Assembly (NCBI GenBank): GCA_044866005.1
Contig: JBIOTN010000050.1
Location: forward strand, 1-14,855
Origin: Candidatus Rokuibacteriota bacterium
Lineage (GTDB): Bacteria; Methylomirabilota; Methylomirabilia; Rokubacteriales; DASRDR01
DNA: 14,855 nt
Direction: 5' to 3'
In this document: positions 1 through 5,970 of the stretch, in pieces
Numbering within the stretch: the first letter of the stretch is position 1
How the letters are laid out: each line of letters opens with the position of its first letter
The notes under the pieces: generated by a model
What the model saw: only the letters and a program-made list of their open reading frames with translations
Told to the model about the DNA's origin: nothing
Database searches by the model: none
Position numbers and translations under genes: made by a program

Positions 1-1104
1 GATCTTCTTCGACGACCGGTTGATCTCGCTCATCGCCACCACCGCCGTCGTCACCACCTGCCCGCCCTTCTCCGCCGTCCCCCGCGACCCCACCGCCAGC
101 TGGCTGGCCTGCCGCGCGTTGTCGGCGCTCTGCTTCACCGTCCCCGTGATCTCCTCCAGGCTCGCCGCCGTCTCCTCCAGGCTCGCCGCCTGCTCCTGCA
201 CCCCGGTCGCCAGCTGCGCGGTGGCGACCGAGAACTGCCGGGATGCGGTCATCACCTGGGTCGCCGCCTCCCGCACCTGGACGACGATGTCGTGCAGCCG
301 GTCCATGAAGGTGTTGAACCATCGGGCGAGCTCGCCGACCTCGTCGCGGCTCTCGACGCGCAAGCGCTTGGTCAGGTCCCCTTCGCCCTCGGCGATGTCC
401 TTGAGCAGGCTCACGGTCTCGCCCAGCCGGCGGGCGATCGAATGGGCGAGGGTCAGGCTCACCGCCAGCGCCAGGCCGAACGCCGCGACCACGCACGTCA
501 GCATCAGCCAGGTGATCCGCGCCGAGGCGGTCTCCCCCGCCTCGGCGGACGCGCTGGCGTGCTTGAGCCGGAGGTTGGTGAGCTCGGCCAGGATCGTCCG
601 GACCTTCTCGAACTTCGCCGCCGCCTCCCCCATGGAGAGATCCACGGCGTCACGCCGCGCCGTGGGCGTGTCCTGAGCGAGGACCTTCAGGACTTCCCGC
701 GACGCCTCCTCCCATTCGGCACGGGCGGCCTCGAAGGGCGCCCAGTGCCTCCGCTCCTCCTCGCTCGACGGGACCGCCGTGTACTTGTTCCAGCGCCCCT
801 TCACCTCGGTGAGGTTGTCCGCGTGGGTCTTGACCTGCTCCTGCGCGCTGGGCGTGTCCACCTTCAGGAACATCAGGCTGCGCTCGGCCACCACGGCCTG
901 CTGCATGTCGCGCTCGGCTTGCAGGAGGTGATTCAGGGCCGGCATGCTCTGGGTGGCCGCCACCTGGAACGCCCCGTTCACGGTCCAGAAGGCCCACATC
1001 GCCAGCGCGCCGACCAGGCCGGTGATCAGGGCGAGCCCCCCGCAGGCGGCGATGAGCCGGACGCGGAGCGACAGCATCTGGACCTGCGGCAGCATGCCGA
1101 TCAT
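1..1104 (-). CDS. Methyl-accepting chemotaxis protein (TM1 - four-helix-bundle-type periplasmic sensor - TM2 - HAMP - MCP signalling domain), 3'-truncated by the window edge
   Basis: Missing from the ORF track (no stop inside the window); translated by hand from ATG 1104 with GGGGAG RBS upstream. Begins MIGMLPQVQMLSLRVRLIAACGGLALITGLVGALAMW (TM1). Helical periplasmic region, then TM2 WLMLTCVVAAFGLALAVSLTLA, HAMP LKDIAEGEGDLTKRLRVESRDEVGELARWFNTFMDRL, and methylation heptads QEQAASLEETAASLEEITGTVKQSADNARQASQLA. Confidence 0.95.
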   Translation of the reverse strand, partial: MIGMLPQVQMLSLRVRLIAACGGLALITGLVGALAMWAFWTVNGAFQVAATQSMPALNHLLQAERDMQQAVVAERSLMFLKVDTPSAQEQVKTHADNLTEVKGRWNKYTAVPSSEEERRHWAPFEAARAEWEEASREVLKVLAQDTPTARRDAVDLSMGEAAAKFEKVRTILAELTNLRLKHASASAEAGETASARITWLMLTCVVAAFGLALAVSLTLAHSIARRLGETVSLLKDIAEGEGDLTKRLRVESRDEVGELARWFNTFMDRLHDIVVQVREAATQVMTASRQFSVATAQLATGVQEQAASLEETAASLEEITGTVKQSADNARQASQLAVGSRGTAEKGGQVVTTAVVAMSEINRSSKKI

Positions 1105-1118
1105 GGCCGTTGGCTCCC

Positions 1119-1700
1119 CTACTTCCTGGTCAGCTTTTCCAGGTACGACAGGTTGACGCCCACCACGAGCGCGCCGATGGACTTCCCCTCGGCGAGCACG
1201 GGGACGGAGATCTGGATCGCGTAGGTCTGGGTGGACTCGTCGAACTCGGGCGGCCCCTGCCAGGTCTTGCCCGTGCTGAAGGGCACGTCGAACTTCGCCG
1301 CGCCCTTGTGGATGTAGCTCGTGGTCTTCTCCACGAACGCCACCTTTTCGCCCTGGGCGGCGTTCAGGAACGCCTCGCTGACGGCGCCCTGGCCCTCCGC
1401 GAGCTTCGCCTTGAGGTACTGGCCCGCGGCGTTGGTCTGGAAGGCCGTCACCAGGGAATCGCTCCGGCGGGTCACCTTCCACTTGGCGTTGTCCATGCCC
1501 TCGATGGGACCCTTGCGGTTCTGTTCCGCCACCGCCGTGACGATCACGGGGCTCGCGGCCCAGCCGGCGACGACGGTCTTCTGCCGGTCGAGCTCCGCCT
1601 GCACGGCCGGGGTGATCTCGAAGCCCGCGCCCCAGGCCGCGGCAGCCGTCAGGACGGCCGAGATCGTCGTGAGGAACGTCAGTCCGAATCGCGTTCTCAT
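1119..1700 (-). CDS. Standalone secreted/periplasmic Cache (PDC)-fold sensor-domain protein
   Basis: ATG 1700 has GGAGG about 8 nt upstream, preferred over ATG 1715. Signal-peptide-like N-terminus MRTRFGLTFLTTISAVLTAAAAWGA. C-terminal PDC-type strands WQGPPEFDESTQTYAIQISVPVLAEGKSIGALVVGVNL. No second TM segment and no output domain. Confidence 0.8.
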   Translation of the reverse strand: MRTRFGLTFLTTISAVLTAAAAWGAGFEITPAVQAELDRQKTVVAGWAASPVIVTAVAEQNRKGPIEGMDNAKWKVTRRSDSLVTAFQTNAAGQYLKAKLAEGQGAVSEAFLNAAQGEKVAFVEKTTSYIHKGAAKFDVPFSTGKTWQGPPEFDESTQTYAIQISVPVLAEGKSIGALVVGVNLSYLEKLTRK

Positions 1701-1737
1701 GGTCTCTGCCTCCATTCGCGGGATGGCCCGCGCGCGT

Positions 1738-3810
1738 TCACCGGCCCACCTCCACCAGCGGACCGACCTCGCCCCGTGTCCCGGTCGCGCGCAGTCGCGC
1801 GCCGTGCCGGGTGGCGGATCGGCTGATCGCCAGGAGTCCCGGAACGTCCAGGATCAACGCCACGCGCCCGTCGCCGAGGATCGTGGCGCCGTTGACGCCC
1901 TCGAGCTTCTGGAAGTTGGTCTCCAGGCTCTTGATGACGACTTGCTGCTGGCCCATCAGCTCGTCCACCAGCAATGCGACCCGGCCGCGCTCGTGCTCGA
2001 CGATCACGACGAGGCCCTCCGTCGGGTCCTCGCTGCTGGGCGTCACGCCGAAGAGCCGGTGGAGCCGCAGCATCGGCAGCACCTGCCCCCGGATGGTGAT
2101 CGCCTCTCCCGCCCCGAACACCCGGCTCAACTGCTCCCGCTTGGGCTGGATGGACTCGACGATCGAGACCAGCGGCAGGACGTAGGTTTCGGCGCCGACG
2201 CGGACCGACTGGCCGTCGAGGATGGCCAGGGTCAGCGGCAGCTTCAGCCGGAAGGTCGTGCCTCGCCCGCGCTCGGTCTGGGTGGCGATGGAGCCGCCGA
2301 AGGCTTCCAGGTTCCGCTTGACCACGTCCATGCCGACGCCCCGGCCCGACACCTCCGTGATCCGCTCCGCGGTGGAGAAGCCCGGGCGGAAGATCAGGGC
2401 GAAGACCTGCTCGTCGGCCGGCGCATCGTCGGCCGAGAGGATGCCGAGCTGGACGGCCTTGGCGAGGATCCGCTCGCGGTGGAGGCCCGCGCCGTCGTCG
2501 GTCACCTCGATGTAGATGTTCCCGCCCTGCTGGTAGGCCCGGAGCGTCAAGCGGCCCGCCGCCGGCTTGCCGGCTTGACGCCGCACCTCGGGCGACTCGA
2601 TGCCGTGGTCCAGCGCGTTCCGGACCAGGTGGGCGAGGGGGTCGCTGATCTGCTCGATGACGCTCTTGTCCAGCTCGGTCTCGTCGCCGGAGGTCTCCAG
2701 GAGGACCTCCTTGCGCTGCGCCTGGGCGAGGTCGCGGACCAGGCGGGGGAACCGGCTGAAGACCGTGCGAATGGGCAGCATGCGGACCGCCATCACGCGC
2801 TCTTGCAGGTCGCGGGCGTGGCGATCCATCTGGGCAACGGCCGCGCTGAGCTGGCCGAGACGGTCGGGCGTGAACCGGGTGACCAGCTGCGCCACCATCG
2901 ACTGGGTGATCACGAGCTCGCCGACCAGGTCCATGAGCCGGTCGACCTTCTGGGCGGACACCCGGATCGTCGTGGCCTCGGCGCCGCGCGAGGCCTCCCC
3001 GCCGTCGCCGCCGGCGCGGCGGTCCCGCCCGCTCCGCCGCTCGAGCAATCCCTGACGAGTCGGGGCGCCCCCCGCGGCACTGGCCCCCGCCGCCCTGCCG
3101 TCGCGGACCTCGATCCGCACCGCCGAGGGCTCGGCCACGAACTCGAAGCAGGCCTCGATCCGCGTCCTCGGCTCACGCGTCAGGAGCCAGCACGTGAAGC
3201 CCAGGTAGGCCGCCTCCGGGTCCATCTCCTGAAGCGACGGGAGCGCGCTGAGGTCCGGCTCCACCCGGGTGAGCTCGCCCAGCTCGCCGAGGGTCTCGAG
3301 GATCCGGACCGGGTCCAGCCCGCGTCGCAGGAGGTCGCGCGGGGGCGCGAAGCGGATCTCGTAGAGGACGCTCTCGTCCACGTCGACGCGGGACGGACGC
3401 CCCGCGACGGAGGGAACGGTCGCGCCCCCGGTGCGAAGGATCACCTGGATCGCCTCGATGATCTGCGAGGACCGCGAGCCCTCCCAGCGGGCGTCGGTCC
3501 GCGCGTGCTCGAGCAGCTCGCGCAGGACGTCGGCCGACACCAGCAGGGTGTCCATGATCGGCCGGGTCGCCGGGAGCTCGCCCGATCGCAGGCGCGCCAG
3601 CAGGTTTTCCAGGCCGTGCGTGAACCGGGCCACGGCCTCGAAGCCGAGCATCCCACTGTTCCCTTTCAGGGTGTGGGCACTGCGGAACACGCGGTTGAGC
3701 ACTTCGGCGTCGTGCCCGTGCTGCTCGAGCCGGAGCAGACCTTCCTCGAAGTCGCGCAGGAGCTCTGCGGCCTCGTCGAAGAAGAGGTCCCGGGCCGAGT
3801 CCGGGTTCAC
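1738..3810 (-). CDS. cheA: Chemotaxis histidine kinase CheA (Hpt, P2-like, dimerisation, HATPase, CheW-like)
   Basis: Hpt FRSAHTLKG; dimerisation TIRVSAQKVDRLMDLVGELVI; HATPase HLVRNALDHGIE, DDGAGL, IFRPGFSTAE, SGRGVGMDVV; P5 LPLTLAI...GQQQVVIKSL...GATILGDGRVALILD. GTG start overlaps the upstream cheY stop (GTGA). Confidence 0.97.
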   Translation of the reverse strand: MNPDSARDLFFDEAAELLRDFEEGLLRLEQHGHDAEVLNRVFRSAHTLKGNSGMLGFEAVARFTHGLENLLARLRSGELPATRPIMDTLLVSADVLRELLEHARTDARWEGSRSSQIIEAIQVILRTGGATVPSVAGRPSRVDVDESVLYEIRFAPPRDLLRRGLDPVRILETLGELGELTRVEPDLSALPSLQEMDPEAAYLGFTCWLLTREPRTRIEACFEFVAEPSAVRIEVRDGRAAGASAAGGAPTRQGLLERRSGRDRRAGGDGGEASRGAEATTIRVSAQKVDRLMDLVGELVITQSMVAQLVTRFTPDRLGQLSAAVAQMDRHARDLQERVMAVRMLPIRTVFSRFPRLVRDLAQAQRKEVLLETSGDETELDKSVIEQISDPLAHLVRNALDHGIESPEVRRQAGKPAAGRLTLRAYQQGGNIYIEVTDDGAGLHRERILAKAVQLGILSADDAPADEQVFALIFRPGFSTAERITEVSGRGVGMDVVKRNLEAFGGSIATQTERGRGTTFRLKLPLTLAILDGQSVRVGAETYVLPLVSIVESIQPKREQLSRVFGAGEAITIRGQVLPMLRLHRLFGVTPSSEDPTEGLVVIVEHERGRVALLVDELMGQQQVVIKSLETNFQKLEGVNGATILGDGRVALILDVPGLLAISRSATRHGARLRATGTRGEVGPLVEVGR

Positions 3811-4190
3811 GCCGGGGGGCCTCCCGGGCGAAGCACTCGCGCCACGGTCTGTCGAAGCTGGTCGCCGTGGAACGGCTTCACCATCCAGCCGGACGCGCCG
3901 GCGGCCCGCCCCAGCTGCTTCATCTCGTCGCCGTCCTCGGTGGTGAGGATCAGGATGGGGACGAAGCGAAAGTCCGGCAGCGCGCGGATGCTCCGGACCA
4001 GGCTCAACCCGTCCATGGTGGGCATGTGGATGTCGGTGATCACGAGGCTCGGAGCCGCCGCGCGAAACGCGGCCAGGGCCTCTTCGCCGTCCGAGCTCTC
4101 GGTGATCTCGTAGCCATCCCGCTCCAGCGCCTCCCGGATCAGCCGCCGCACGCTCGCGGAGTCTTCCACGACCAGGATCTTCGTGGCCAT
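3807..4190 (-). CDS. cheY: Single-domain response regulator CheY (cheA-proximal type)
   Basis: KILVVEDS...LVITDIHMPTMDG...ILILTTE...GASGWMVKPF: acidic pocket, phospho-Asp, Thr and Lys all present. GGGAGGGG RBS upstream of ATG 4190; alternative GTG start at 4193. Confidence 0.92.
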   Translation of the reverse strand: MATKILVVEDSASVRRLIREALERDGYEITESSDGEEALAAFRAAAPSLVITDIHMPTMDGLSLVRSIRALPDFRFVPILILTTEDGDEMKQLGRAAGASGWMVKPFHGDQLRQTVARVLRPGGPPA

Positions 4191-4206
4191 CACCCCTCCC
4201 CCGCCC

Positions 4207-4851
4207 TCAGCGCTCGCGCATCTCGGCCCACAGCTGGTCGGCGAGCGCCTGACGTGACCCGCCGCCGGTCGCGGCCAGGGTTCCCACGCGGTCCTGCCGT
4301 GGAGCGGCCGGCTCCTCGGGCTCCATCGGCAGGTCGAGGACCGAGAGGGTATGGATGATGCGGTCGCGGACCTCCTCGACGGACTTGATCGCGGCCGACA
4401 GATGCTGGGTGGTGAGGTCCTGGAACGCCATCGCCGACATGATGGAGATCACGCGGGTGGAGACCGCCTGGCTGCACTCCATGACGTCGGTCCAGGCGCG
4501 CCGCGCGGCGGGATCCAGGCTGAGGAACGGCTCGAGGCGCCCCAGCGCCTTCACCAGGCGGTCGCGTTCGCTGCCCAGGCCTTCGGCCTCGTCCAGGACC
4601 TTGTTGGCAGCCGTCTCCGTCGCGTGGATCAGCCCCGTGAGGGTGAAGGCCACCGAGGGCAGCGTATGCTTGGAGGCGGGCAGCAGGGAGGCGACCGCGG
4701 TGTGCAGCAGGGTGCGAATCCCGCGCTGGCACTGTGCAAGCTCGACCAGCAGGGTGGTCGCGCTCACCGATTCGCTGTTGTGGTCGCCTCCGGCTCTGGC
4801 CGTCCCGAATTCCTCCCGACCCTTCTCCGAGCCCTTGTCCTCCGGCTTCAT
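4207..4851 (-). CDS. cheZ: CheZ-like CheY-P phosphatase
   Basis: ATETAANKVLD segment and catalytic D-x3-Q motif (IMSAMAFQDLTTQ). A Pro-rich linker leads to a C-terminal amphipathic helix QALADQLWAEM resembling the CheZ C-terminal peptide. Lies directly downstream of a cheY; AAAGGAG RBS. Confidence 0.82.
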   Translation of the reverse strand: MKPEDKGSEKGREEFGTARAGGDHNSESVSATTLLVELAQCQRGIRTLLHTAVASLLPASKHTLPSVAFTLTGLIHATETAANKVLDEAEGLGSERDRLVKALGRLEPFLSLDPAARRAWTDVMECSQAVSTRVISIMSAMAFQDLTTQHLSAAIKSVEEVRDRIIHTLSVLDLPMEPEEPAAPRQDRVGTLAATGGGSRQALADQLWAEMRER

Positions 4852-4933
4852 CGCTCAGCAGCTCCTTTCGGAACCCGATCCGGGCCCGTCCTACCGGAGG
4901 TCACCCGCCCACTCGCGCTGCGCATCGGCCGCC

Positions 4934-5311
4934 TCACGCTTTCCGAGACCCGTTGAGGATCTGTTCGATCTTGAGCTTGAGCGTGTCCGGTTCGAAGGGC
5001 TTGACGATGTAGCCGTTCACGTTGGCCTGGATGGCCTGCACGATGTCGTCGGCCTGGTCGGCCGCCGTGATCATGAGGATCGGGAGCGTCGCATGCCTGG
5101 GGTTCGATCGGATGCTCCGAACCAGCTCGAGCCCATCCATGATCGGCATGGCCCAGTCGGCGATCACGAAGTCGACCCCGTCGGAGGCGATCCTCGCCAG
5201 GGCGGACTGGCCGTTCTCCGCTTCGACCACCGCCTCGTACCCCATCGCCTTGAGGTTGTTGCGAATGATCCGGCGCATGGTGGCCGAGTCGTCCACGATC
5301 AGGATGCGCAT
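4934..5311 (-). CDS. cheY: Single-domain response regulator CheY (enteric/motor-binding-like type)
   Basis: True start ATG 5311 with AGAGGAGGG RBS; the ORF track's longer N-terminus is spurious. MRILIVDDSATMRRIIRNNLKAMG...FVIADWAMPIMDGLELV...ILMITAAD...VNGYIVKPF closely follows the E. coli CheY pattern. Confidence 0.94.
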   Translation of the reverse strand: MRILIVDDSATMRRIIRNNLKAMGYEAVVEAENGQSALARIASDGVDFVIADWAMPIMDGLELVRSIRSNPRHATLPILMITAADQADDIVQAIQANVNGYIVKPFEPDTLKLKIEQILNGSRKA

Positions 5312-5344
5312 GTACGTCCCTCCTCTGTGCGGCACCGCTAGGTC

Positions 5345-5361
5345 AGCAAGTTCCGCGCCAG
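5345..5361 (-). promoter_or_regulatory. sigma54 (RpoN) -24/-12 promoter for the che operon
   Basis: Minus strand reads CTGGCGCGGAACTTGCT, matching consensus YTGGCACG-N4-TTGCW with exact GG-N10-GC spacing. It lies about 35 nt upstream of the cheY start. Confidence 0.8.
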
Positions 5362-5400
5362 CGTTTTTCGCGCCGATGCCGCGGCCCCGGGCCCCGCCGT

Positions 5401-5425
5401 CAAAATTCACAAAACGTGGAATTTG
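5401..5425. promoter_or_regulatory. AT-rich imperfect inverted repeat, candidate regulator or DNA-bending site
   Basis: CAAAATTCAC-AAAAC-GTGGAATTTG, with 8 of 10 arm positions complementary. Conspicuously AT-rich in a GC-rich context, 40-65 bp upstream of the che sigma54 -24 element. Confidence 0.4.
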
Positions 5426-5794
5426 CAGATTGTCCGGAAGGGGCCTTTCTCCAAAACCGCGCAAGGGGCGGGGAGGCGGTTGAGAGGTCCAAAACGAGCC
5501 AGCCGGGGACCGATCGGGCAGGATTTGAGCAGCGCCGCGCGGGCATGCGCGGGTTGAGGAGACGGCGGTCGCTCGCCGATCGTCCCCCTCCTCTATACGG
5601 CCCGGCCAGGATCCCGCGCGGTTCGTCCGGCGGCAGCGGAGACCCGCCCAGGTGACGGTCTTCGCCGTTGACCAGTTTTTCTCCGTGACGGGCGGGGGAT
5701 GGCGCGAAATCACTCGACTCGCGCCCGACCGGCCGGCGGCGACCGCATGCGGAACGCTCTTCACCGGAGCGGACTTAGCTCGTTTCGTCTCCCT

Positions 5795-5810
5795 TGGTAT
5801 TCCCGTTGCA
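5795..5810 (+). promoter_or_regulatory. sigma54 -24/-12 promoter for the HD-GYP gene
   Basis: TGGTATTCCCGTTGCA shows TGG, exact GG-N10-GC spacing and TTGCA. It is 160 nt upstream of ATG 5971. Confidence 0.7.
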
Positions 5811-5970
5811 CTCGGGCCAGGTCGGCGTCATCACGCCGCACGGTATCTCGGGGCGGCCGATGCCTTGCCGGAGCCCGCCCGCCGTAGCAGCAAGGACGCG
5901 GTGCCCCGGGTCGGGCCTTGACGGAAACGGCGGAGCCGGAACGCGACAGAGCCGGAAAGGACCAGCGCGC

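Noticed and set aside
150..190. Exact 20-nt direct repeat TCTCCTCCAGGCTCGCCGCC with 21-nt period
   Set aside because: It encodes the ordinary MCP methylation heptads (AASLEE twice); not a CRISPR or mobile repeat.
1321..4113. 930-aa plus-strand ORF and other long ORFs antisense to the che genes
   Set aside because: Shadow ORFs caused by GC-rich codon bias opposite cheA, cheY and the MCP; no recognisable motifs.
4852..4933. Possible c-di-GMP riboswitch or internal sigma28 promoter between cheY and cheZ
   Set aside because: Only short fragments match (CTCCGGTAGG; GCCGAT without a -35 element at the right spacing); the conserved architecture is absent.
5505..5535. Minus-strand CTCAAATCCTGCCC resembling a tRNA T-loop/3' end
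   Set aside because: The 5' side of the T-stem does not pair, there is no GTTC and no cloverleaf or CCA; not a tRNA or att site.
5312..5764. 150-aa N-terminal extension on cheY in the ORF track
   Set aside because: Low-complexity translation that crosses the sigma54 promoter; a strong RBS sits directly before ATG 5311.
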